The notes under the pieces were generated by a model, which made no database searches, had not been told where the DNA came from, and saw nothing but the letters and a program-made list of their open reading frames with translations. From Planctomycetota bacterium (GTDB taxonomy: Bacteria > Planctomycetota > Phycisphaerae > UBA1845), in assembly GCA_038043285.1 (NCBI GenBank), contig JBBTCJ010000036.1, forward strand, positions 26,822 through 90,821: DNA of 64,000 bases, read 5' to 3'. Within the stretch, counting starts at the first letter, position 1, and each line of letters opens with the position of its first letter. Position numbers and translations under genes: made by a program. Positions 35,097-43,992 of the stretch are shown in pieces.

Positions 35097-36487
35097 GATA
35101 CACACACGACTTCGCCGGCGACCTGGAGAGCGTTCTTGGCATTCCTGCGGGCGGTGACGCCGTCGAGGACGCCCGCCAAATCCGCGGTCAGGCGAACGCG
35201 ACTATAGGGCTTGGCCGCCTCCGGCGGACAGCCGGGAAGAGGACGATCCGCCGCCCAGGCATCGAAGAGCCGCGTCAGACCCGCGAGAATCTCGTCCGCC
35301 TGAAGTCCAACGGAGACGCCTGCGTTACATTCGCGCACGATGCGATCGCACTCGCCGCCTTCGGGTCCGACCTGGAGGATCGGTCGATGGGCGGCCAGGT
35401 ACTCGAAGAGCTTGGCGCAGATGATGGTGTCTCCGTTTCCATCGAACGGGGACGTGAGCAAGAGGGCATCGGCGGTCCTCATGCAGCGGATGGCGTCGTT
35501 GTGCGGAAGGTAGTCGAGATACTCGCAGGCGATTCCCGTGGCGTCGAGCATCGCCCGCGCGGTCGCGTTCACGTGCCCCGCCAGGCGCAGAACGAACTGC
35601 GCTCGGTTCTTGCCGAGTCGATCGGCGAACGCGCGAAGGGCTTCGCCTAGAACGCCCGACGTCCGGACCAGGTCAAATCGCCCGACGTAGGCGAGGACGA
35701 ATCTCCTGTCTGCTGGACGTCGCGGATTGCGACCGCGGAAGTCGTCGGGGTCGAATCCATTGGTGATGGTGTGGAACTTGGCGTGGTCGCGGGGAAGGCG
35801 TGAGGCAAGGATTTCGGTCTGTCGCGGCGTCACCCCGATGACGGCGTCAGCCGATTGGAGGAACTCCTGTTCCAGTCTCCGATGCTCCTCGCGGCGCCGT
35901 GAAAATGGTTCGCGATAGCGGAAGTCATCGGTCCAAAGGTCGCGGAAATCCGCAACCCAGGGCAGTCCGGTGCGGCGTTTCAGCTCCAAGGCCAGCAGGT
36001 GGTTCGAGGCCGGGCTGTAGGTGGAGTAGAGGGCGTCGAACCGTTCGTGGCCCAGCAATCTCAAGAGGGGAGCTATGCTGCGCCTGGCCCAGGCGGCGCA
36101 CTCGTCGGGAAATCCGGTTCGGGTCTGCCATGCGTGTAGCCGCCAGTCGATGGCGGCGGCGAGGCGAGTGGTCAGCCCGCGCGGTCGAAGCGGGGGTCGG
36201 GCCGACGAGAAGTCGTGCAACACCCGTCGCACGGTTTGCAAGCCGTTGCCCGCCGACATTCGGAGCACGCGAAGTTCGGACGGAAGATCGGCGGCCAGTG
36301 AGTCGTCCGCCGGGAACCCCTCCGGTTGGTCGGCCGCCCAGACCGTGGGCATCCAACCGAACTTGGGGAGGTACTTGGCGAACTTGGCCGACCGCTGGAC
36401 GCCTGATCCGCCGACGGGTGGAAAGGCGTAGGCGATCATCAGCACGCGGCAATCGGGTGGCTCGGAAGGGGCATCGAGTTCGTGCAT
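35093..36487 (-). CDS. glycosyltransferase (GT4-like, GT-B fold)
   Basis: RVLMIAYAFPPVGGSGVQRSAKFAKYLPKFGW is the GT4-type N-domain, and the C-half resembles a GT-B nucleotide-sugar domain. Confidence 0.7.
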   Translation of the reverse strand: MHELDAPSEPPDCRVLMIAYAFPPVGGSGVQRSAKFAKYLPKFGWMPTVWAADQPEGFPADDSLAADLPSELRVLRMSAGNGLQTVRRVLHDFSSARPPLRPRGLTTRLAAAIDWRLHAWQTRTGFPDECAAWARRSIAPLLRLLGHERFDALYSTYSPASNHLLALELKRRTGLPWVADFRDLWTDDFRYREPFSRRREEHRRLEQEFLQSADAVIGVTPRQTEILASRLPRDHAKFHTITNGFDPDDFRGRNPRRPADRRFVLAYVGRFDLVRTSGVLGEALRAFADRLGKNRAQFVLRLAGHVNATARAMLDATGIACEYLDYLPHNDAIRCMRTADALLLTSPFDGNGDTIICAKLFEYLAAHRPILQVGPEGGECDRIVRECNAGVSVGLQADEILAGLTRLFDAWAADRPLPGCPPEAAKPYSRVRLTADLAGVLDGVTARRNAKNALQVAGEVVCVS

Positions 36488-36591
36488 GGTTGAGAAACCT
36501 CGCGGCGGTCGGCGCCCGGATACGGGCGGCGCGGACGCACGGGTATATCGGTTCCTCCGGGGTCGTGCTTAACGACACAGGCTCTGCCGCG

Positions 36592-37710
36592 TCAGACCAT
36601 GATCAGTCGCCGTTGGCGGGCTGTGTCGTAGACCCTGATCCAATGCCGGGCGAGGTCGCGCCAGTCAAAATGGCTCTCGACCATCGCCCGCCCCGCCGTC
36701 GCCATGCGGGCACGCCGGGTCGGATCGGTCAGCAGCGCCGTGACGGCATCTCCAAGTCGGCCTGAATCCTGCGGCGGAACGAGCAAACCGGTCACGTCCT
36801 GCTGCACGGTATCGCGCAGGCCGCACACATCGGACGCGACGACGGGCACGCCCATCGCCGACGATTCGAGTGCCGCGACTCCAAAGGCCTCGTGGATCGA
36901 GGGAATGATGCTGAGCGTCCAATTCTTCAGTATGAAGGGGAGTTGATCGTGCGGGGTCCGCGGCGACCATTGGACGGCGTCGCCCACGGCAAGGTCGTTT
37001 GCCAACGTCTTGCATTCGGCGAGTTGCGCGCCGTCACCGACGAAGTGGAACCGGGTGGCCGGCATTTTTGAGAGCACCCGCGGGATCGCGCGCACCAGGC
37101 ACCTCGGACCGTAAACCGGGCGAAAGCCCTTGAAGAAACCGACCACATCGGGCCGGGCTGAACCGCCCGATGACTGCCCGGCCGCGAACAGGTCGAGATC
37201 AACGCCGAAGGGAGCCACGACGATCGCGTCGTCGGACAAGTTCGCATATCCAGCCACGATCTCCGCGAACCTCGGCCCGCAGGTGGTGACCAGAGATGCC
37301 GCTTGCAGCATGGCCCTGCGCGTTTCAACCAGGCCTGCGCATGCAGGCGTCTCGCCCGGCGGATCGACGACGTCCGATCCCCACGCGGAGGCGACGAAAC
37401 AGGCGGACGCGACCTCTTCCGCGTCCAGCCCCGATCCGTCGGCGCGGCAGAAGCCCCAGTCCGCGAGGAAATGAACGTTCACCACGTCGAAGTCCCGGAG
37501 AAAGCAACGAAGGTAGGCGCGCGATCTAGCCCACCAGCGCCGTGGATTGGTCAAACTCGGCGGCGGGACTTTGAACCGCTCGACGGTCGCGCCGGGCAGG
37601 GACGCGGGCTTATGGGTGACCACGTGCACCATCGCCCCGGCGTCGACCAATCGCGGCGCGAGCTGTTGCAGATGAACGGATTGCGCGTCACCGAAGATGC
37701 AGAGCTTCAT
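36592..37710 (-). CDS. glycosyltransferase family 4
   Basis: MKLCIFGD... N-domain and C-terminal EAFGVAALESSAMGVPVVASDVCGLRDTV. The start at ATG 37710 overlaps the end of wzt by 23 nt. Confidence 0.8.
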   Translation of the reverse strand: MKLCIFGDAQSVHLQQLAPRLVDAGAMVHVVTHKPASLPGATVERFKVPPPSLTNPRRWWARSRAYLRCFLRDFDVVNVHFLADWGFCRADGSGLDAEEVASACFVASAWGSDVVDPPGETPACAGLVETRRAMLQAASLVTTCGPRFAEIVAGYANLSDDAIVVAPFGVDLDLFAAGQSSGGSARPDVVGFFKGFRPVYGPRCLVRAIPRVLSKMPATRFHFVGDGAQLAECKTLANDLAVGDAVQWSPRTPHDQLPFILKNWTLSIIPSIHEAFGVAALESSAMGVPVVASDVCGLRDTVQQDVTGLLVPPQDSGRLGDAVTALLTDPTRRARMATAGRAMVESHFDWRDLARHWIRVYDTARQRRLIMV

Positions 37711-38989
37711 GGGGGACGCCTCTCGAGGTTGCGACTTCATCGCTGCTCGCCATCATCAGATCTTCCCGGTCGGAGGATTTTGGGGCAGACGCGAAAGACC
37801 AGGCATGGACGAGGCATAGCGAACCGGTCGCCTTCCCACCGTCGTCGATGAACATGGGAAAACCATAGGGCGTATCCAACTCGCAGATCCCGCGATCGCG
37901 GTCCCAAGCGCGGACGCTCCAAAAATACTGTCCGCCCGCCAGGGGTAGGGCGGGGAGGGACAAGCCAATCCGAACTCCGCCGGCGGCGGCGGCAAAACGG
38001 GCGCCGGAACGTCCCGAATTGAAGCTGATCAGCCCGTCGCTGCAAGGGCCGCGGAGGTTTAATTCCACGACCAAGTCGTCCATTTTCCGAGCCAATCGCA
38101 ATTCGAGCGTCGCCTCGGCGCACTGACCGGAGGTGATCCAATTCCCTCGCGGATCATTCGGTGCGCCCACGCGGAAGGCGGCAAGTTCGACGGCGCCGAC
38201 CCCGCCACATGCACCCACGTCCGCCGGACGCGCGACGTACGATCGGGTCATCGCGCCGAGGTAGTGCTCAACGGCCTGCCGTGGACTTCCGGAGAACGCG
38301 ACGGCGCCGCCTTCCAGCACCACCGCGCGGCGGCATATGCTCTGCATTTGATCGAGATCGTGAGTGATAAAAACCAGCGCCGCTCCGTTGCGAACCAGCT
38401 CGCGCATCCGGTCCAGGCAGCGCAGGCGGAACAGGGCGTCGCCGACGGAGAGCACCTCGTCCACCAACAACACGTCGGGATCAACGTGGGCGGCGATGCT
38501 GAAGCCCAGGCGGGCGTACATCCCTGAGCTGTAACGTTTTACGGGCATATCCAGGAAGCGCTCGAGGCCGGCGAAGGCGACAATCGAGTCGAGCTTCGCA
38601 CGAATCTCGCGGCGGGACATGCCCAGGATCGCCCCGTTGAGAAAGACGTTTTCGCGCCCGGTAAGATCCCCGTGGAAACCCGCGCCGATCTCGATGAGCG
38701 CCGCCGTTCTGCCGGAAACCGCGACCCGCCCGCCGTCCGGGCGAAGAATGCCAGCAAGCAGCTTCAGGATCGTACTCTTCCCCGCGCCGTTGGGGCCGAT
38801 GACCCCGACGGCCTCGCCGGGGAGTACCGCCAGGCTGACGTCCCGGAGGGCCCAGAACCAATTGGCGGCAGACGCATCTCCGCGGCCTATCCCCGTCCAG
38901 CGGCCGATCCGTTGCAGGAGCGGTACGCGATGTTCCGCGATGCGGAACCGCTTGGACACCCGATCAAGTTGGACGGCGGGCTTGTCCAT
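37688..38989 (-). CDS. wzt: polysaccharide ABC exporter ATP-binding protein with a C-terminal Wzt_C-like domain
   Basis: Walker A GPNGAGKST, signature YSSGMYARLGF and Walker B LLVDEVLSVGD. About 180 aa follow the NBD (VELAAFRV...ATLELRL...GGQYFWSVRAWD). The ATG at 38989 overlaps the wzm stop (TGATG). Confidence 0.9.
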   Translation of the reverse strand: MDKPAVQLDRVSKRFRIAEHRVPLLQRIGRWTGIGRGDASAANWFWALRDVSLAVLPGEAVGVIGPNGAGKSTILKLLAGILRPDGGRVAVSGRTAALIEIGAGFHGDLTGRENVFLNGAILGMSRREIRAKLDSIVAFAGLERFLDMPVKRYSSGMYARLGFSIAAHVDPDVLLVDEVLSVGDALFRLRCLDRMRELVRNGAALVFITHDLDQMQSICRRAVVLEGGAVAFSGSPRQAVEHYLGAMTRSYVARPADVGACGGVGAVELAAFRVGAPNDPRGNWITSGQCAEATLELRLARKMDDLVVELNLRGPCSDGLISFNSGRSGARFAAAAGGVRIGLSLPALPLAGGQYFWSVRAWDRDRGICELDTPYGFPMFIDDGGKATGSLCLVHAWSFASAPKSSDREDLMMASSDEVATSRGVPHEALHLR

Positions 38990-39849
38990 CAGATGCACTC
39001 GGCAAATCGGTGGGACGCTTTCCGAAAGAGAACCCAACCGCCGGCCAGAATGGTCGCCGCCTGCGCAGCCGCGATCGCCAACCCGAACATATCCAGCCGG
39101 TCGCCGTCGAAGAGGCAGGCTCGATAGGCAGCGATGACCGCAACCATCGGGTTGAGGCGGACGAAGGCCGAAAAAAGAGATCCATCCCCGGGAACCGGCA
39201 CGACCACGCCGGAGATGAACATCCAAAGCTGCACGGCGACCCCGACGACTTGCCGAACGTCGCGGTAGAAGAGGTTAGCCATCGCCAGGAGCATTCCCAG
39301 TCCCGCGACAAGGGCCAACTGAATGCACAGCACCAGCGGGAGCAGTAGGACGGTGATCCGCACGGAGAAGCTGTATTCGCCGCTCAGGTGATAGTAGCCC
39401 ATCAGTCCGAACAGCACCGTCCCGGCGATCAAACAATCGGCCAGGCTGCTTGCGAGGCACGAAAGCGGCAACACCTCGCGCGCGAAGTAGACCTTGGTGA
39501 CCAGGTTGCGGTTGCCGACCAGCGACATGACGCAGCCGGACAGGCCGCCGGCCAGGAGCGTCCAAGGAACCAATCCCGAATACACGTAGAGCGGATAGGG
39601 AATGCCGCCGGCAAACGCTGCGGAACCGGGAAATGCTCGGGTGAAGACGAACGTGAAGATGAGCATCATGGACAACGGATGAAGCACCGCCCAGCCGATC
39701 CCGAGGAGCGACTGCTTGTAGCGGACGCGAATATCCCGCCAAGCGAGAACCAGCAGCAGGTGGGTAAAGGCGGCCGACGAGTGACCGCGCTCGATCCGGC
39801 GCGCGGAGTCCGCCGGTCCGCCCAGGGCAATGTCAGGAATCATCGTCAT
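38989..39849 (-). CDS. wzm: ABC-2 type polysaccharide exporter permease
   Basis: WRDIRVRYKQSLLGIGWAVLHPL is the ABC-2 signature, followed by six hydrophobic segments. The start is placed at ATG 39849; the ORF extends to 40209. Confidence 0.85.
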   Translation of the reverse strand: MTMIPDIALGGPADSARRIERGHSSAAFTHLLLVLAWRDIRVRYKQSLLGIGWAVLHPLSMMLIFTFVFTRAFPGSAAFAGGIPYPLYVYSGLVPWTLLAGGLSGCVMSLVGNRNLVTKVYFAREVLPLSCLASSLADCLIAGTVLFGLMGYYHLSGEYSFSVRITVLLLPLVLCIQLALVAGLGMLLAMANLFYRDVRQVVGVAVQLWMFISGVVVPVPGDGSLFSAFVRLNPMVAVIAAYRACLFDGDRLDMFGLAIAAAQAATILAGGWVLFRKASHRFAECI

Positions 39850-40046
39850 CTCAGCGCGTCTTATCGGTCGTCCGCGAGGCCCGCTCGTGTTGAACGAAGG
39901 AGGCGAATAAGGGGTGCGTCCGCGCGCACCGGATTTCGTCGGCCTGTTGGGCTGACGGTGCGCGATCCGGAGCGGTCCGCACCGTCCGGGGCGCGGCACA
40001 AGTCCGACGACAGGACGGGACGACAGGACGGCAAGGAATACGCCGA

Positions 40047-41894
40047 CTACGGTCCTTCGAGGGACGGATCCGGCGTTTCCGCGACCTTGGGGCGGTCGAC
40101 GAAAAACTCCAGGGCGACATTGGGAATCTTGCGCAGGCGTTCGTACGTCGTCGGCTGAACGAGGCTGAGATACGCCATCGAACCCGTCACGCCGGTGAAT
40201 CCCAAGCAAAGGACGATGATCAGCGGCAGGACAACGGTCCGGTACACCAGCGCTCGCCGCCGATCCTGCGCGGTGACGATCTCGTCAATGGCCTCCAGGA
40301 TCGGCAATCCAAGGTTCCTGGCCACCTGGCTTGAACTGCGGTAGACATGATCCAGCACTTCGGCAAGCACGACAAACAGCGCGCCGACGGCGAGACCGGC
40401 GAGCAGGGACAAGACCATGATCGTCGAAGCCTTTGGCGATACCGGCGTACTGCCACCGCGAGCCGGAAGCCCCTCGGCGAAATGGACGAGGCGTTTCTGC
40501 TCGACGGCCTTCAGCGCCGGTTCGATGGCGGCCACCGTAGTCTCGAACTGACCCTGAGCCTGTTTGGCCTTGCCGATCTTGGCCATCACCGCGGCGAACT
40601 CCTCCTGTTTCTCAAAGACGCCGTCCTTAGCCTCGCTGAACTGCTGCGTGGCGAGGGCGTTCGCTTGAAGATTGATGTCCACTTCCTTGATCTTGTGGGT
40701 CAGCGCCGCTACCTGCACGCTGACGCGGGCCTCCTCGCCGGTCCAGACCGTGGGGTGCAGCCGTTCCGCGAGGGATTCGGCGGCGGCATCATCGACGCCG
40801 GTGACGGCACACTCACGATCCATCTGCCGTTGACGATCCAAGTCGGATTCCAGACCGGAACGCCCGCCAAGCAGCTCGCGAATGTCGGGGTGTTCGTCGG
40901 TCATCCCCCGAGTCTGTCGGAGGTTCTGGACTTTTTCGTTCAGCGATTGGATTTGAGCCAGGATCGCAAGCGTCCGGGGACTGGCGAACTCCTCGACGGG
41001 CGGACCGGCGACGGAGGATTCGAACTTGTCGGGGCGGTTGGCGGCGAGGAGTTGTCGCTGGGCGCCAAGTTCGGCTTCGTATTCGCGCCGCCGCAGAAGC
41101 AGCTCGCGGCGTTCGGTCTCCAGCCCCGCCAGCCGGGCGGATATCGCTCCGGGGTCGGCTGGGTTCACGAAGGGATTCTCCATGCGAAGCTGGGTCTCCT
41201 CACGCTGGGCGCGAAGCACCAGGTTTCCGGCGGTCTGGGCCTCCTGCTGGAAATAGTCCCGCTGCTTCTGCAGGAAATCGTGGATCCACACGCCGGTGCG
41301 GTTGATGTAATTCCGCTTCACGGTATCCACGAGACGCCGCCCGATGGCCGGGTCCGTTCCCGTATAGGTGATGCGGACGGCGTCCATCAACTCGCTGGGG
41401 GAGGTGGTGTTGATTTCCAGCGAGGCCCCGAGGGAACGGGCGAGCGAGATGCGACGTCGCTGGCCTTCATCGCTGAGCGATCCATCGGGGTTGCGGTCGT
41501 GTTCGCCGAGCAAGCCGACTTGATCGACCACTTCGGTCATGGTTTCCGGCGAGGTCAGGTCACGAACCATGGTATTGCGGAAGTACTTGTAGGAGGTCGC
41601 ACCCGCCTGCATCGGGAGGTTCAGCATGATCGGGTCGTTGCGGACCTCGAAGCTGGTGGTCGCCTGGTAAGTGCGCGGGAGGTAGAAGCTGGCGACGAAC
41701 GCCCCGCAGCTGACGATGCAGAAGGGCACGAAGAACATCCACCGATGCAGCGAGAGAAGTCGGAGGACGTCAAAGAGCGTCCGCCGAATTTCGGCGAATG
41801 GGCGATCGTCCTCGCTCGCATTGTCCGTGCGGCCCAGCGGACCCGTCTGTGCGGGCCGGGACGCGTTTGAAGATCGATGGCTGCTGCGGGGCAC
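40047..41894 (-). CDS. polysaccharide chain-length determinant / GumC-Wzz family protein (no kinase domain)
   Basis: N-terminal TM plus Wzz-like YLPRTYQATTSFEVRN, a long coiled-coil periplasmic region and a C-terminal TM (MVLSLLAGLAVGALFVVLAEVL). There is no Walker motif. Confidence 0.7.
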   Translation of the reverse strand: MPRSSHRSSNASRPAQTGPLGRTDNASEDDRPFAEIRRTLFDVLRLLSLHRWMFFVPFCIVSCGAFVASFYLPRTYQATTSFEVRNDPIMLNLPMQAGATSYKYFRNTMVRDLTSPETMTEVVDQVGLLGEHDRNPDGSLSDEGQRRRISLARSLGASLEINTTSPSELMDAVRITYTGTDPAIGRRLVDTVKRNYINRTGVWIHDFLQKQRDYFQQEAQTAGNLVLRAQREETQLRMENPFVNPADPGAISARLAGLETERRELLLRRREYEAELGAQRQLLAANRPDKFESSVAGPPVEEFASPRTLAILAQIQSLNEKVQNLRQTRGMTDEHPDIRELLGGRSGLESDLDRQRQMDRECAVTGVDDAAAESLAERLHPTVWTGEEARVSVQVAALTHKIKEVDINLQANALATQQFSEAKDGVFEKQEEFAAVMAKIGKAKQAQGQFETTVAAIEPALKAVEQKRLVHFAEGLPARGGSTPVSPKASTIMVLSLLAGLAVGALFVVLAEVLDHVYRSSSQVARNLGLPILEAIDEIVTAQDRRRALVYRTVVLPLIIVLCLGFTGVTGSMAYLSLVQPTTYERLRKIPNVALEFFVDRPKVAETPDPSLEGP

Positions 41895-42121
41895 GCTCGT
41901 TATTCACTCCGCTCAAGTCTCGACGAGTGCGGTGCGCGCGTTCCGCGGCGCCCGCCCAGTTCGTTCCTGGATAAACATCCCGGCGGTACCTCCCACCCGC
42001 GCATGACGCATGTCCCACGCGGTCCGGCGTCGCCCAGGCGCATCCACTCCTGTTTTCGGACGCCGAGATAATCGGGTTGAGGGCCACTCCAAGATGCGTT
42101 GGATCGACGGAACGGCGTTGA

Positions 42122-43834
42122 TTATCGGAAGTCGGAGGGGTGGTCCAAGGCGTTCTGTGCGGTCGAGGTCAGACGATTGGCAAGGTACACCGAGCTTTCG
42201 CGCAGACGCCGCCAGAGCTTGGGCGGTCCGAACGAGGCATATCCCACGACCGCATCGTTCCAAACTTGGCGCAGGCCCGCAGCGTCGCGGGCAACGATGT
42301 ACACCCGTTCGACGGCTCGATCCGACGGCAGCGACGGCGTCGTCATCCCCTTCTGGCCGACGTAGTAGCGAAGCGCGGGCGTATAGGGCGATACCACCGC
42401 GCAGCGTCGCGGACCCACACGCACGCAATCATCCAGAACCTCTTCCACCTCGACGATTCCACCGGTCTCGCTGTAGAGCAGGGGTTGCGGGCAGACGGTG
42501 ATCAACGGCGACAACAGCAGGCAGAGCAGCAGCACCGCGGCCACCAACCGGGTGCTCCGATAGACGAAGGGACCGGCGTCGCCCGGCCACGCGGCCCACA
42601 AGCCGGCCGACGCACACCCCAGCACTGTCGGCAAGGCGAACAACCAAGCCCGCGGCGGAAGAGGCGCCCGCATCGCAACTGCGAGTAGCATCGCGAAAAG
42701 AAGCATCACCAGCGGAGCAAATCGTTCCGGAGCACGGTCCTCGATCGCCGACCTGGCGTAGCAAACGATCCCCAAGACGAGCGCCGCTACGACCACCCAG
42801 CTCGTATGGCGCGTCCACAAGCTCCACGCGCCCATCAACATGGACGCCGGCGAACCAACCTGCGCGCCGAGGATCTGGTAAGCCATATGCGCGCCGCGCC
42901 GGAACCCGCTCAATCCTTCCCAGAGAAGCACCGGTGCATACAGCAGCAGGGTCCCCCCGGCGAAGACAGCGAATCCCAGTCCCAGCCCCGCCACCAACGA
43001 CCTGCCCCGCACTCCCGAGACGCCGCTGCGAAAGGCCGACCACACAAACCAGGCACACAGCCCCGCCATCGCATGGGCCATCACCGGTACGGTGTAGGCG
43101 CCCAATGCCCCGACGACGCCCCATGTCAGCCATAGGCGCCTGGCATCGGGGCGCCTGGTCAGAACGACGGTGAGCGCGACCGCCAGCGTCGCCCACACCG
43201 CGAGCCATGAATAGCCCCGCGCGTTGGCTGAGTACTCGATCAGCGCCGACGAAGCGGCGACCGCCGCGGCGGCCAAGGCCGCCGCCGCGCGGCTCCCGCT
43301 GACGACCCACGCCAGCCACGCCACGGCGGGAAGGAGCAACATGCCACCGAGGAGCGCCGGGAGTCTCAGCGAAGCCGGCGAGTTCCCGAACACGGCCGCA
43401 CTCGCCCAGACGAAGAGCGTATGCAGAATATGGTTGTTCGGAAGATAGTGGGTCGCCGCATGGAAGGGCGACTTCGAGGCGATTTCGAGGTAGTTGTAGG
43501 ACTCGTCATAGCGCATCGGATGGCTCAGCAGGAAGTGTACGCGCACTCCGAGAGCCACCAGCGCGATCAGCACCCAGAAGGTCACGAATACGGTCGGGGA
43601 CACGTCGAGTCCGGGCTGGTCGTCGCACTGGAATCTCCGCCGGCGAGGGCTCTTCCCCTGATCCTTGCGATGGGAACGGCCATGGGCCGGCGCCACAGCA
43701 TCACCACCTCGATCCCCCCTGCGGCGCCGTTTCCCCGCGCGACCGAGCCGATGCAGGATCAGGCGCTCATCGCGCGGTTCGGTCGATGTTGCGCGGTCCT
43801 CGCGCCGCCTGTCTGGTTTGGATCGGTTCGCCAT
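42122..43834 (-). CDS. GT39/ArnT-PMT-like polytopic membrane glycosyltransferase
   Basis: An Arg-rich cytoplasmic tail, then YDESYNY...LRLPALLGGMLLLPAVAWLA and about 11 further hydrophobic segments, ending in a soluble C-terminal domain. Confidence 0.75.
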   Translation of the reverse strand: MANRSKPDRRREDRATSTEPRDERLILHRLGRAGKRRRRGDRGGDAVAPAHGRSHRKDQGKSPRRRRFQCDDQPGLDVSPTVFVTFWVLIALVALGVRVHFLLSHPMRYDESYNYLEIASKSPFHAATHYLPNNHILHTLFVWASAAVFGNSPASLRLPALLGGMLLLPAVAWLAWVVSGSRAAAALAAAAVAASSALIEYSANARGYSWLAVWATLAVALTVVLTRRPDARRLWLTWGVVGALGAYTVPVMAHAMAGLCAWFVWSAFRSGVSGVRGRSLVAGLGLGFAVFAGGTLLLYAPVLLWEGLSGFRRGAHMAYQILGAQVGSPASMLMGAWSLWTRHTSWVVVAALVLGIVCYARSAIEDRAPERFAPLVMLLFAMLLAVAMRAPLPPRAWLFALPTVLGCASAGLWAAWPGDAGPFVYRSTRLVAAVLLLCLLLSPLITVCPQPLLYSETGGIVEVEEVLDDCVRVGPRRCAVVSPYTPALRYYVGQKGMTTPSLPSDRAVERVYIVARDAAGLRQVWNDAVVGYASFGPPKLWRRLRESSVYLANRLTSTAQNALDHPSDFR

Positions 43835-43992
43835 GCGCGTTGTCCAACCGGCTCCGACCTTCACGGCAGGTCGGCTGACCTTCTTTTCGGAAGGAGTTCA
43901 CTCAGGGTGTAAGCTGCGCGACCGACTCATTGGCCCTTCCCTGACCACTCGCGGCCCTTGAGGTCGAACGCTGCCGCGCCGATCTGGCCGAG

